From Octopus vulgaris (Eukaryota), in the NCBI GenBank assembly GCA_951406725.2, contig OX597815.1, forward strand, positions 197,346,001-197,410,000: a DNA stretch of 64,000 nt. Direction: 5' to 3'. A model generated the notes under the pieces. The model saw only the letters and a program-made list of their open reading frames with translations. It was not told the origin of the DNA and did no database searches. A program made the position numbers and the translations under genes. Positions 29,138 to 43,567 of this stretch are shown in pieces (position 1 is the first letter of the stretch; each line of letters starts with the position of its first letter).

Positions 29138-29139
<2 letters not shown>
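29025..29139 (-). rRNA. 5S rRNA: 5S rRNA copy, orphan and probably a pseudogene (first ~3-4 nt missing, no oligo-T terminator)
   Basis: Minus TACGGCCATATCACTTTGAAAGCACCGGTTCTCGTCCGATCACCGAAGTTAAGCAAAGTCGAGCCTAGTTAGTACTTAGATGGGTGACCGCTTGGGAAACCTAGGTGCTGTAAAC. Recognisable 5S internal control region, and helices pair (ACTTTG/CAAAGT). Confidence 0.93.
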
Positions 29140-29169
<30 letters not shown>

Positions 29170-29904
29170 TACATAGATATAAGCATTTATCTATGGTATA
29201 GTGTTCTTTGATTTTATTTGTGAAGGGGAGGGGTTTAATTTTAGCTCTCTTGTAGTATACGAAAGATTCAAAGAATTAGATAAGCGCAGATAATTACACG
29301 ATAATTATAATATACATTATTTTATTTAGTGCTGTTCTCCTTTGCTTTTTGTTATATGAAATAGAACAAGATAACGCTCAATCGAAGAACCAGTCGACCT
29401 ATTGAAAACAACTGCCAGCTTCGTATTTAAATAGTTATTTAAAAACGCATTTAATGTATTGTTGAAAATCAGATATTGTAACAACATTTAAACACGTAAA
29501 ATTCTGAAAATTTTGAATGTACCAATGATATACTTAAAGCGCAAATATAACGAATATGTGGTTTTGAATCGCGAATACCGAATATATCGCTTTGCCTGAA
29601 GAATGTAGCACTATTTTTTGAAACTACACATTACCTTTCAAACTCTTTTCAACATTTCGAAAGATTAATGAGCATGTATTCATTTTGTTCATAAATAGTT
29701 CTAATTTAATAAGAATGTTTTCAAATTTCAAAAGAATATGATTTATAATTTTAATTAGAAAGCCAATGTTTAGCAACAAGTTTGTTGCGAGAACAACATG
29801 TTAACAAATTTTAAACTAAAATGTGATTTATATTAAAATATGCATTGAACTTCATGAATTGTCAATGTTATAGAAAAGTGGAAAACAAAAACAGCAACAG
29901 CAGC

Positions 29905-30177
29905 AATATAATAATAATAATAATGACAATAATAATAATAATAATAATGACAATAATAATAAAAATAATAATGACAATAATAGTAATAATGATAATGACA
30001 ATAATAATAATAATAATAATGACAATAATAATAATAATAATAATGACAATAATAGTAATAATAATAATAGTAATAATAATAATAACGATAATAATAATAT
30101 TAATATAATAATAATAATAGAAATAATAATAATAATGATAATAATAATATTAATAATAATAATAATAGTAATAATAA

Positions 30178-30218
<41 letters not shown>

Positions 30219-30247
30219 GTAATAGTAATAATAATAATATTAATAAC

Positions 30248-30284
<37 letters not shown>

Positions 30285-30311
30285 TTAATAATAATAATAA
30301 TAGTAATAATA

Positions 30312-30380
<69 letters not shown>

Positions 30381-30412
30381 TAATAATAATAATATCAATA
30401 GTAATAATAATA
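29905..30412. repeat. Long interrupted (AAT)n with 27-bp higher-order period at its left end
   Basis: ATGACA recurs every 27 bp from 29922 to about 30050. Confidence 0.92.
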
Positions 30413-30767
30413 TTCTTAGAGTAAACGAAAAGGAAATATGGAAGAAAAATGTATCTAGAAGGACTTCACCAACGCTTTGAACGAATCGCTAAGATGCTAG
30501 TGTAATCATTAAATGTATAGTTAAAATAGAATATGAAGAAAATGAGAAAGACAAGCATTATAAATAAAAGAAGAAGCCTATGAAAATTGGCGATTAGATT
30601 TGCACAGAATTAAAAACACTAGATTACATTTAACACTTAATTGTTGTTTTAGATGTCGATTCTCGATTTTTAAAACAAAAATCATTGTAGCGCAGTTCTT
30701 TTTAAACAATTTATTTTCATGTATTTGTTCTAGTAGATTTGGCAATTTTGCATATTAAATTTCAAGA

Positions 30768-30837
<70 letters not shown>

Positions 30838-30849
30838 TCGCTTTTGCTG

Positions 30850-31220
30850 TTGAGCGAACGGTCTTCGTCCCAGAGCTCGCAAGATGGGAGAAGTCCGAAA
30901 CGTGGTCCTTTGCTTTTCGTAAGACCCGCAGAAGAGAAAGCAGGTCAACCCCCGAGACCAAGAGCATCGACGGATTGATGAATGCGCATCCAGGCTCGGC
31001 GGTTGCGTAGGAAGTCGGGGACAAGAAACAGGAAGAAAGAGTGAGAGAAAGTTAGAGCGAAAGAGTACGACAGGTGTCGCCAACACCCCCTCCCGGGGCC
31101 TCGTGGAGTTTTAGGTGTTTTCGCTCAATAAACACACACAACGCCCGGTCTGGCAATGGAAACCGCGATCCTCCGACCGCGAGTCCGCTGCCCTAACCCG
31201 TTGGGCCATTGCGCATCCAC
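30850..31220 (-). mobile_element. SINE family C, tail type 3, followed by (CAG)n/(TAG)n
   Basis: Family C head at about 31030-31220. Tail unrelated to the other family C copies. Confidence 0.85.
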
Positions 31221-31225
31221 TTGCT

Positions 31226-31256
<31 letters not shown>

Positions 31257-31988
31257 ATGATGATGCTAACTGTAATTCTGTTCCAGTTATCGACCTTTCA
31301 CAACACTCGGAATTTCCCGCTGAAAGATGCAATAGACCAACGACCTGTGCATTGAACTCCATCTTTGTATCCTACACATCAGTCGCTTCTAACATTAGGA
31401 GAGACACTTATCTCGAACCGAATTGTAAAACATCATCCTACTCAATGAAAGACCGGACTTGATGCAGCTTTTCACCTCTGCTTTCCAAGTCCTGGCTTAT
31501 CGTGTTTTTGAGCCTGCATTTGAGCTACAATAAATACAATGTTAGTGTTTCACACAGACGAATGATCGATGGCCATTTTTTCTCATTGCAAATTCCTCGC
31601 GATACCTTTTCAATCGTTTTTTTTCCAAGTTTCTGCATCTCTCTCTCACTCTCTTTCTCTCTCTCTCTCTCACTTGTGCCTTTTACTCTTTTTACTCAAA
31701 TGCATTTTTAAATAAAAAAAAAAATAATGATTATACACAAATTGCCCGTTTCTCATTGTTTTAGTTTTACACGCGTGTGACTGATATCATATACAACTAT
31801 AAGTGGTTGCTGTTGACAAAGTAGTGGAATTTGTTGTACTGGTGGTAAGGACAGAGCAAGCAAATCATGGTATGGTTGCCGCCATAAGTCACCACAATAC
31901 AGTTATAGCTTCTGTAATTGTCGACAGCATAAATTGTGACTCAAGCAACGGTGATGATTGTAGGGTGATTGTCTTGGAAATAGTTGTC

Positions 31989-32351
31989 GGATCTTTTCGG
32001 TTTGACCGGCAGTTTTTTCTAGCGGTGTCATATGGAATTGTCGCCCATAATTATGACCCTAGTATCGATCTATTACATTTCAATCTGTTTTTAGGATTAG
32101 GTTTCGGGGTGGGGGAAGGGTATTTTTTTCTTCACAAATGTAAATAAACCCAATCTGTTTCTTAAACGAGGGACATATTCATACGGCACAGAATGTTTTT
32201 TTTTTACCTCAGTGGACGTCATTGATTGGTTTCTCAATAAAGCTAAGAGAAAAAGATGTTTTATAAACACATTCTACCAGTATACAAAGTTTAAAATTTT
32301 TTAGTTACCTAAAAATTATGTTAAAAACTGCCGTCCAAACCGAAGAGATCC
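31989..32351. mobile_element. MITE copy 2 (opposite orientation to copy 1, internally deleted)
   Basis: GGATCTTTTCGGTTTGACCGGCAGTTTTT / AAAAACTGCCGTCCAAACCGAAGAGATCC. Flanks TAGTTGTC / TAGTTTTC. Confidence 0.88.
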
Positions 32352-33546
32352 TAGTTTTCTTGTCTTTTCTCGCTTGTTTGTTTCACTGTCCTTATTATCC
32401 CTTTCTGTTAAATTTTGTTGTTGGAGTGAAATTTTTACAATTTAGACTCTTAGACAGAAGTCTTCGCTTATCGACTGAGTGAAAGGAAAATATTTAGCCG
32501 TGCGCAAAATTTTCGGAATTACTTTCTTCCGAAATTAAGTGAGAAACCTGGGATCTTTGTGGTTTTTATCACTTTTTACAATTTTGTTCTCAAATTTGGT
32601 ATATGGATTAAGTTTTGTATCCTAATTATGAAAATGTAATTAATTTTCCCAAATAACTCTATAATTAAAAATGTTATTACCCTTTAAAGTTTGCAAAATT
32701 TTTGTATTTTAGCCAATCAGAAGTGAGAACTTTACACATCTCCGTGGCAAAAAAAGCTCTGTTTCCTTAGTAAACAATGATGCTGCGCATGTGCACAAAG
32801 AGGAGAAAGAAATACAAGAAAGATAATCTTCTACTGTAATACTCTTGTGTTTTTCTCCGTCACAACATATGAATGAGAAAGGAAAGGGCGATAGATGAAT
32901 AAAGAAGGAAGGGGTGATGACAAACTGGAAGTGGGACCGTTTCAGCTCTGTGTGTCTATATGTGCATGTATGTAAAAGGGAGGTATGTGAATGTCTGTGT
33001 GTGTGTGTGTGTAATGGGATGATGCCATCATTTTTGATTACACAGCGCTTGCTATTTTATAAAATCCGCGAGTGTATTGCAAACTTTAACTACAAATTGA
33101 CTTTTTTTAACTATGTTTTGACTGTTATTTCTAGCAACCCTGGTTGGTTTGTTTGTTCGTAGCTTCTGAATATTTAATTTGCTCGCGAATGTTTTAATGT
33201 TAACTTCATTCGAGTATACTTTAATGTTGTGACTGTTATTTCTGGCAGTGGTTTGACATGCCGAAGTCCTCACCGCTTCCTGATGATGGAAGATGCAGCG
33301 AATGCGCTGTTTTCTGATTGGCTGAAGATTCCGAAAATTATCGAATTTGAAAACCTTTAACATTTTTGTAAAATTTTTCTCGAATAAATGAATAATTCGG
33401 ATCGAGCGTCAAAAATTACATCTATATGATGCATAAAAACGCTTTGTAAAGATAATTGTAAACAGTAAGGGAATACAGAAATACCCGAAACAGGCAAAAT
33501 ACAAAGGATCATGGTACGCTACTCGTAACTTAACAAAAGAAAACTC

Positions 33547-33960
<414 letters not shown>

Positions 33961-34434
33961 TATACAATGTTTCTGAATAGAAAAAAGAATGAAAGGATTA
34001 ATAGATTTTTAGGTTTTCACCTTTTATCGACTATCTGTAATGAGATATAAGCTCTTCTGCGATGAGTGGAGCAACTTCATATTAGGTGTACAAGATCGCG
34101 CGTTTTCATCTCACCTTTCCATTGGAACTTTTGCATGTTTTCAAAGAAGGCTGCTTTTCACATTAAGCCTCCCTTTTTTCCCCATCGTTACTGAGGATTT
34201 GCGTACTAGAATTACAAGTTATACCCTCTGGCCGTTTAGTGTTCACTACTGGTATTGTTATGGACAGGGTCGGTGGTTTTGGGGTATTACGTAATGGTAT
34301 TGCTAGTGAGTGCGCTGACTCACAAAATCTGATTGATATCGACTGAGTATTGATAATTACCATGATTTGTACTTGCTGTTGTATTTATGGTGTCAGGGTT
34401 CCTCTGCAGAAAGCCCCACACTAGATGTTACTGA

Positions 34435-34730
34435 AGGAGCATGGCTCAGTGGTTAGGGAAACCGCCATTTATATATAGGGTCATGATTTCGATTCCCGGC
34501 AGCTCATTCTGTGCCAGAGCTATACACTTCGTTTCACGTTGCTCCAGTCTGATCAGCAGACTGTACTTGTATTTCAAAGGGCCCGCCTAATATATTTCTG
34601 TGTCACGCTGAATCTTCCTAAGAACTACGTTAAGGGTACGCGTGTCTGTGGAGGGATATCCACTTGCACGTTAATTTCATGAGAAGGTTGTTCCATCGAT
34701 CGGATCAACTAGAACCCTCGCCGTTGAAAC
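34435..34730 (+). mobile_element. Diverged tRNA-headed SINE with family C tail type 1
   Basis: GGAGCATGGCTCAGTGGTTAGGG head. TGTGTCACGCTGAAT...GAACTACGTTAAGGGT shared with the 10473 copy. Confidence 0.75.
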
Positions 34731-35135
34731 TCTACAGAGGGCCATATATTTGCTATTGCATGTATAGTAGCTTGTCCGTATCCCTTGGCTGCGGAATGTT
34801 AAAATCCTATTGCCATGCAGCAGTGTCTCATCAATATATCTACGATGAACTAAGAATTAAGGCCGAATAACAGTTTGTAAAATGTAAAGCTGAAAATGCA
34901 TATGAAATATCTATACCAATTGCAGGATTATTAGATATTTTAATACTACTGACGACGCCGAGGCCGATTTTGCAAACTATTATTGATTTCTCAGTATTTA
35001 AAATGAGGAATGTAATTTGAGAAATACGTTTCCATAGCTATCAAATATTTTGATTTAATTGATTATTATCAACAAGAACTTAGAAATTTCCGTATATTTA
35101 ATCATGTATTATATGCAATGCGGTTGCGCATAAAA

Positions 35136-35176
<41 letters not shown>

Positions 35177-35189
35177 GTATATATATATA

Positions 35190-35223
<34 letters not shown>

Positions 35224-35240
35224 CTGTATCTAAATCTGTA

Positions 35241-35276
<36 letters not shown>

Positions 35277-35332
35277 CATATATATATATGTGTGTGTGTT
35301 TGTATGTATGTATATACGTATGTATATAAATA

Positions 35333-35383
<51 letters not shown>

Positions 35384-35541
35384 TGTCTGTATGTATGCGT
35401 GTGTATGTGAGTGTATCTGCGTGTGTGTGTTTGTGCATGAAGATAATTACATATGTAGAATATATGATATATACAGTATATTTATCAATTAATTTTTGCA
35501 TATACACAGGCACGTACATGCATATTCAGCACACACACACT

Positions 35542-35587
<46 letters not shown>

Positions 35588-36193
35588 CATATAAAAACAC
35601 ATGATACATCCAAAACCTATATATCCATTAAGAGCTATATTCATAGTAAGCTGAATATATATTCATGTATAACTCCAAACGTTATACATTCCAGTAAACT
35701 CACAAGAAGCTTGCATGTATACACATAATCGCCTAAAACGATCCTTAAAGGCAACAAAAATTAACAAGAAAAGGCAGAAAAACATGAATTTGACAGATAT
35801 ATCAGTAATTAAATACTTTCCACGGGTATTTCATTTCGAATAAGAAAAAATCATTCTGCAATTACGTAATTAAATACATAATTAATGAAAATTAATTTAA
35901 ATTAAATTAATTTAATTAATTTAACGCAATGCTTATTTGAAATCAACAGGAATTCTACCAGCTAAAAGCAGTTGCAGATATAAATAAAAATGAGACGTCT
36001 ATCTATCTGTCTACTCTTCTTCATCAACTTACCTTTCTACTGATTTTGTATTTACCCGCCTCATTTAACCATCTGTTTGTCTTCTTCCTTCATCTTGTTT
36101 TGCGCACCCATTCTCCTTTATTCCCTATCTTTCTCTTCATCTATCATGTTATCTACATTTCCTCTAACCAATTTACCTCTCCCCATATATACA

Positions 36194-36395
36194 TAGGGAG
36201 AGTTTACGAAAAAAAACAAAAGACGAAGATAGGTGGTGTACAAAACAAACAGATGTATTAGTGTAACGCTCAGGAACAGAAAAAGTATTTTACGTTTCGA
36301 GCCTACGCTCTTATACAGAAAGGGTCACAGAAAAAACAAGGAGATGAAAAAGGACAGAAAAAGTGTGTGTGGTGGCTAACGATCTATCATGTCGA
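36194..36395 (-). mobile_element. pLTR family D fragment with hammerhead-like motif
   Basis: Homologous to 28272-28410. Minus CTGTATA-A-GAGCgtagGCTC-GAAACGTA. Confidence 0.6.
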
Positions 36396-36404
36396 CTAGT
36401 CATG

Positions 36405-36515
<111 letters not shown>

Positions 36516-36520
36516 GTATA

Positions 36521-36591
<71 letters not shown>

Positions 36592-36959
36592 TTACTTATC
36601 CTTCTATTTCCTACTTTGTCTATCGTGTGAACTTTTTGCAGTCTATTTATTCTCTGATCATTTCCACTCTTCATATCTTTCTTCATATCTATGCATCTCT
36701 ACTGCCTCGTTAGTTTTTCAAGCAGTAACCATTTCTTGGCAAATATTATTAAAATACTGGTGCATTATAAGGTTAAATATCTGAAAATATATGAACATCA
36801 GTATCTGCACCTAGGTGTAAAGATATAGAAAGGCGTGTTGTTACCTCTTTAGATAATTCATCTGCTACGTTAGTTTAGAGGCTGTGCTATAGTAGAGTTT
36901 ATTATACATATTTTAGTGACTCATCGTTGTGTTCCAAAGGTATCATGTAGGAATATATA

Positions 36960-37439
36960 CCGTAAATTCTCGAGTATAATCCGCACTTTTTTCCAAAAAT
37001 TTAAAGGTCAAAATCCCTAGTGCGTGCTTAATACAAGGTTAAAAATGAAAATTATATTCTAAGCAATGTCCGAGTCTCTATTTGCTCCACGGCAATGTTT
37101 ATTCAGACGCGTTTTGTGTTGTCGGGCGCGAAAATACCTTAAATCATCCATATCTTGTAGTTAGCAACATTTATTAAGCGTTATTACTGTTGTTTCTTTA
37201 TTTTCTGCGAACAAAATTCACAAAAAAGCTACACGTTTGAATCATGTTATATATACAATAATAATAAAAGGCGTTACCGTATATATTTTTACAAACCAAG
37301 GACGTAATATAGACCTCCTTGACTCACGTTTGAGTAGGGGTGCGTATGATACACAAGGTTTAGGTTTTTCAGAGGTACAGCCCCCTAAAAATCCCCTGCG
37401 TATTATACTCAAGGGCGGACTATGCTCGAGGATTTACGG
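36960..37439. mobile_element. pogo/Tc2-like MITE with TA TSD
   Basis: TA|CCGTAAATTCTCGAGTATAATCCGC ... GCGGACTATGCTCGAGGATTTACGG|TA. Confidence 0.88.
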
Positions 37440-37559
37440 TATATAAAATAACTGTCTGACCATAATGAACACAATAAAGCAACTTTTTGTCTCATTATTT
37501 AATCACTCTGTTACGTTTTTTGAAAAGGCCATACTCTATTTGCTTACTGTTGCGTTCTG

Positions 37560-38950
37560 CAAATGTTCTATACGAACGTACCTAAATATATGTAGCATTC
37601 TTACCTGGTCCTTCCTCAGTATAGACTCCATGATTGGCGTTCATGAGGTCTTCACTTGGTGTGCGGGTAATTCGAGTTGTTGGGGTTAAGGTTTCTAACG
37701 GTTAGGCGTGGTTTGCATTGTACTGTCTGAATAGGTGTTTGGCTGTATGCATGCATCTGGGTAGTCGTTCAGCAAATCTATTTATAAACCTTGCTTTTGT
37801 CAACAATATTGACAGCGATTTGTCGGAGCATAGCATGCACTCTGGGATGGTGCGTTGTAAGAACTGTCCAATAATTGAGCAGGTCAGGTCATATTTTAAC
37901 TTCTCATACTTGAGTCGCCAGACAAAATTAGCGAATGATGTTGCGCGTCGCTTAAGTACCTTTTGAAAGCTAGCACTGTGATTTCTATATCTACTTTCGA
38001 AAATATCTGCTGATTCATCGGTAGATAGGTAGGGACCTCCTTTGCTATTTATGGTGCACTTGTACACAACATTTAGGATTTTGCATTGGTAACCCAGAAG
38101 ACATTCCGAACGGTCCATGCATGAGCATAGATTGTCAGTTTGTTTTTGTTTGCGTGTGTACAGCTGATGCCGCTTTACTTGGTTCTATTTACATTCGTCC
38201 TCGTGGCTACCCTGTTGTAATATTTATTATTTTTGTGTGTGTTTGTATTGTTGTTTGAGTAGTCGAGGCTAACATATATTGGGTGGTTAGTTAAGTTGTT
38301 GCAGTTGCTGATTTCTCTGTTGGGTAGTGTTATAGTCGAGTCATTGTTATTGTGTTTCGAATACAGTAACAATGACAATTTAAGAAAAAGTGGAAGTGGA
38401 TTAGTAGCACAATTAGAAAAGACACACACAATGTAGCGACAAGTGATTTACAGTGGAATTCGGAAGGATATAGAAAGAAAGGTAGGCCTAAGAACTCGTG
38501 GCGTAGATCAACACAAAAGGAAGTAGGGAAAGGGGGACATTCATGGCAGAGTATAAGTACAGAAGAGAAAAATTATGCGACATGGAATTCAATTATAAGT
38601 GGCCTATACTCCGCGTTGGGGGATTAAAGACAGAAAAAAAAAACTGTTACTGTGATGTGGTTGGTGTTTGCACTGTCTCTGAGGTTGTATTATGTGCCTC
38701 CGTCAATTTTTGAGGGCCTATTTTCTATGCAACCTGTACGCTGCTTTAGTTTTCGGTTGCTAATACTATGAATGTGGTGCTCCCTAATCGATGTGTTCGC
38801 ATATGGCAGTTCTACAGTGTAACTGTTGAGCACCACTTTTCAGGGTAGCAACGAGCTAGTGCAGCGAAGAACTGCTTCCAAATACTGGATGATATGTTCG
38901 AGCTTCGGGTCGCATTGTACCAGAGAATCTGCGGAGTTTCTAAGATGGAT
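37560..38950 (-). mobile_element. Penelope-like (Naiad-type) element relic: linker plus GIY-YIG endonuclease
   Basis: ILWYNATRSSNISSSIWKQF near 38900. CSC..ECLLGYQC..NVVYKCTI..FESRYRNHSASF..CMLC..CMH at 37702-38130. Catalytic YIG is degenerate. Confidence 0.75.
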
Positions 38951-39139
38951 CCAACGGAAATAGACTCCGACTGCGGAAGACGCCAGGTAGCCCAACCCGT
39001 ACCAGTGCTTCCCTCAACACATTAACACACTAATCGACATACACACATAAGTCCAAAATACATATATATATGCATATACATATACACACACATATATATA
39101 TATATGTATAAATTCATATACATACATACACACACACAC

Positions 39140-39194
<55 letters not shown>

Positions 39195-39467
39195 GTATAT
39201 ATGTATAAATTCATATACATACATACACACATACACACATATATAAATGTACATACATACATATATATATATATATAAAATATATATATATATGTATAAA
39301 TTCATATACATACATACACACACACACACCAGCCGAAATTGCGAAGATGATCCGGTTCTTGACTGATGATTGAGCGCTTCGAATGTCCCGTCCGTGTTTT
39401 TTGTGTTGTCTCCTAAATGTTTCACGTTCTTGTCCCATTTTGTATATTTTTTTACTTTTACATATAT

Positions 39468-39517
<50 letters not shown>

Positions 39518-39531
39518 AAATCCATATACAT

Positions 39532-39581
<50 letters not shown>

Positions 39582-40038
39582 GTATACATATGTATACATA
39601 TTCATATGTACGTATACATATACATGTACTTACACACACACACAAACACACGAAGATAAGTAGTTTCCCACGGAGGTACGGTATGATCCATCTCCCATGT
39701 TTCGAAGTAAAACGACCGAATGTTTGAGAAAGAAATTGCAATTTGATGTGGACTATCTGATTGTTTAAAATTGCTTTAATGCAATTATATAATGGGCATT
39801 GTCATGAAATCACTTTCGCTTCACTTCCAAGCAAATTTCTTAACATGCTTCTATTTGTTAAGTCTTCTAGTGAACGGGAGGCAATCACATGACAGGTTCA
39901 CTTAAACAGTCGGAGCTGCATTAACTGACATATCAAACATTTACGCATACACGTCTCTAATGATAAACAATTTTAACCTGTATAACAGTTCTGTATAAAT
40001 GGGAGTATTATTCTGATTTACAGATACATATATGCATA

Positions 40039-40091
<53 letters not shown>

Positions 40092-40100
40092 GTATATATA

Positions 40101-40210
<110 letters not shown>

Positions 40211-40236
40211 CATATATATGTATATATATATATAAG

Positions 40237-40515
40237 TGGAGGCGCAATGGCCCAGTGGTTAGGGCAGCTGACTCGTGGTCGTAGGGTCGCGGTTTCGATT
40301 TAGTGTTTATTGAGCGAAAACACCTAAAAGCTCCACGAGGCTCCGGCAGGAGTGGTGATCCCTGCTGTACTCTTTCACCACTCTTTCTCCCACTCTTTCT
40401 TCTGTTGGCCTGCTCGCTTAGCCAGCGGGGTCACGTCATTCGAAGGATAAAACAATGCGAACGCATTGTGGCCAGCGATGTGTAACAACATCTGATGGTC
40501 TGGTCGGTCACGTGA
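40237..40515 (+). mobile_element. SINE family C, tail type 4
   Basis: Family C head. Tail GGCCTGCTCGCTTAGCCAGCGGGG...ACATCTGAT...GTGAT ending in (TA)n. Confidence 0.88.
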
Positions 40516-40534
40516 TATATATATAAGAATTCCA

Positions 40535-40581
<47 letters not shown>

Positions 40582-40696
40582 AGTGTGTGTATGTATGTAT
40601 GTATGTATGTATGTGTGTATATACATACATACACACATACACAATCATGCCAACACAATCGATATAAACAGCAATGTTTAACCATTATACGAGAAT

Positions 40697-41120
40697 TACA
40701 AACGTCACTAAATGTGACTAGGGTATTAGGAAATACCTACATTGCTAGAAATAAGAGTTAAACCGATCTAATGTTGTATGCAATGCATATAAATGAAAAC
40801 ATATGCACTAACAGTGACCATAGTCCGAGAAGTGCCGATCGGCAAATTGCTGCTTATGTTAAGTTTATATATACACATTAGCGTATCGCTAAATCTTCAG
40901 ATTATTTGCTTGATAAATACATAAATACTAATGATGAATTAAGTACGGAAAAAAACCGAACAATCAAGCTCTCTTGACTGCTGAGATAATGAAAATTGCC
41001 GAAAGAATTCTCGATCGACACTTTTCGGACAACTACGGACCGTGTTAGTGTATAGGTTTTAATTCATGTACGTAATATAGGTGTTTTCCTAACATCCTAG
41101 TCACAGTTAGGGACATTTGT
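40697..41120. repeat. Degenerate inverted repeat / MITE-like fold-back
   Basis: ACAAACGTCACTAAATGTGACTAGGGTATTAGGAAA mirrors TTTCCTAACATCCTAGTCACAGTTAGGGACATTTGT. Confidence 0.65.
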
Positions 41121-41392
41121 GTGTGTGTGCGTGCGTGCGTGTGTATAACAGATAGCGATAAAATCTATTATAAAATTCCGAACGGAATGAAAAATAAAAA
41201 CATTTACCATGTTTTTTTTATACGCTAGGCCACTGGTAATGGGAATTTCTAATATTTCAGATTACCCTTTGATATCATTAATTATTGATAAATAGTTTTT
41301 GGGGATAATTTTCGAAATGGAAGAGCCGGCATATTTATTTACTGCCGACAGTAAAAATATAAGTTTAAACATGCATACAGATATGTATGCAT

Positions 41393-41464
<72 letters not shown>

Positions 41465-41468
<4 letters not shown>

Positions 41469-41773
41469 AGGGATCACCGTGATCAACCAGGCTATCAGAT
41501 GTTGCTACACATCGCTGGTCACAATGCGCTTCGCATTGTCTTAGCCTTCAAATGACGCCACCCCGCTGGCTAAGCGAGCAGGCCAACAAAAGAAAGAGTG
41601 AGAGAAAGTTGTAGCGAAAGAGTACACCAAGGATCGCCACCATCCCGTGCCGGAGCGTCGTGGAGCTTTAGGTGTTTTCACTCAATAAACACTCACAACG
41701 CCTGGTCTGGGAATCGAAACTGCGATCCTACGACCGCGAGTCCGCTGCCCTAACCACTGGGCCATTGCGCCTT

Positions 41774-41775
<2 letters not shown>
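41465..41775 (-). mobile_element. SINE family C, tail type 4
   Basis: Reverse complement of 40237-40515. Confidence 0.9.
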
Positions 41776-41838
<63 letters not shown>

Positions 41839-41849
41839 TGTTTCGTGAA

Positions 41850-43170
41850 ATTTCAAGTAAATGAAATAAATGTTTCGTAAGTTATGAGGAAATAATCAAA
41901 GAGTCTTCGAAACTGCAACGGCCAGAAGTTAAGAGTCACTTAAGTAAACATTGAAATATGGACCAAGAACAAAAACCCTTACTATTAATATTTTGTGAAC
42001 ATCCTTTTACTATCAATGACCTCCTGACAACTGTTACCACAGGATTGAATAAATTTCTTGCAAAAATGATGGAGTAATTATGTTCCATTCTCTTTAAAAA
42101 AATTTCCAGAGTTCATCTTAGTTCTTTGGACTTCTATTTCACGCCCCATCTCCAATAATAATTCCAAATGCTTTTTATAGGATTGAGATCGGGACTTTTA
42201 GGTGGCCAAGTCCATAAGATCAGCCCTTTCATCATACAGAAAATATTTGACTCATTTCGCTGTTTGAGAGAGAGAGCGTTGTCCTGCACAAATATAGGAG
42301 GTTGAACTGACTCGGATGAGGATGTGGAAGAGCATGCTGTCTAAGAATCTGCTTTTATATTTCAGCATTGACAGTCCCTTGGAGACGAATAAGTGGACCA
42401 GGGCCACTAGCAGAGATCAATCCCTATAACGTTAAGCTGCCTTCTCAATATTTCACTGCCTTCTTTCCACATGCACGGGGTTAAATTTCGCCACTTCTAC
42501 GTCGGATGTACATCCCGCCATGAATGTGCGACTACTGTTCTTCTGTCCAAACGACATGCTCGTGAGCGAAACGAAGACGGGCTCCTTGATTCTCCTTGGA
42601 GATCAAAGGTCTCTTTGCCGGTGCCCGAGCAAGCAGCCCAGGTCCGAGAAACTGTTTTGCACGATACGTTGACATCGGCAGTGGAACTAAACTCACGGGA
42701 TATTTCAGCAGCACTCATAAACCTTTCCTTCAGTGACATTCTAACCATAAAACGATCCTGTCTTGGTTAAGTTTTACGCGGTCTATCGTTTTGGGGTTTA
42801 GCATCTGTCGATCCTGATGACTTAAACGAACTACAATTCGTTGCACAACACTTCTAGACCTTCCTACAGTATTTCTTATCAGAGCATTTAACTTGCCCTT
42901 CTGGTGAAGGCACACGGTCCTTTGTCTTTCATCACAGGACACCGGTTGTCTCTCACAAGCCGCCATGTTGACAGTTAAATATTCCAATAATGTAAAATCA
43001 TAAGATGTAACACTTAGCCCATTAACAGTCCTTTGAACAACAAATAGCTCGGTTAGCAATTCAATTTTTCTAAGTGACACTTACGTTTTGGGCGCTGCAA
43101 TTTGGAAAATTGTTTGTTTATTTCCTCATAATTTACAAATATGTATTCCATTCACAAGAGATAGATATCA
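41850..43170 (-). mobile_element. Tc1-like transposon relic with long TIRs
   Basis: Minus frames: HTH region GRSRSVVQRIV, AKRPLISKENQGARLRFAHEHVVWT, WPPKSPDLNPI. TTATGAGGAAATAA..GTCACTTA at the left end mirrors TAAGTGAC..TTATTTCCTCATAA at the right end. Confidence 0.85.
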
Positions 43171-43299
43171 GACATACCTAAATATTTTCTTAAATATCCA
43201 GTCTCAACGTGTTGTTAATCTCCAAATAATGACTGTTTCAATACAGTTATTCTTACTGACCCTTATATTATGGTCGCTACTACTCTTTTATTTTTTTTT

Positions 43300-43507
43300 T
43301 ACTTGTATCTGTTATTTAACTGCGGCCATACTGGCGTACCGCCTTTAGTCGAGCAACTCGACCCCGGGACTTATTCTTTGTAAGCCCAGTACTTATTGTA
43401 TCGGTCTCTTTTGCCAAACCGCTAAGTGACGGGGACATAAATACACCAGCATCGGTTGTCAAGCAATGCTAGGGGGACAAACACAGACACACAAGCATAC
43501 ACGCATG

Positions 43508-43567
<60 letters not shown>

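Noticed and set aside
32540-33500. Possible old DNA transposon (AGCCAATCAGAA / TTCTGATTGGCT mirrored)
   Set aside because: Only short mirrored words were seen, and termini and TSD could not be defined by eye.
39330-39460. CTGATGA motif at ~39363 as a hammerhead
   Set aside because: It is followed by GAATGTC rather than GAAA and no stem I pairing was found. Probably a repeat fragment, but not callable.
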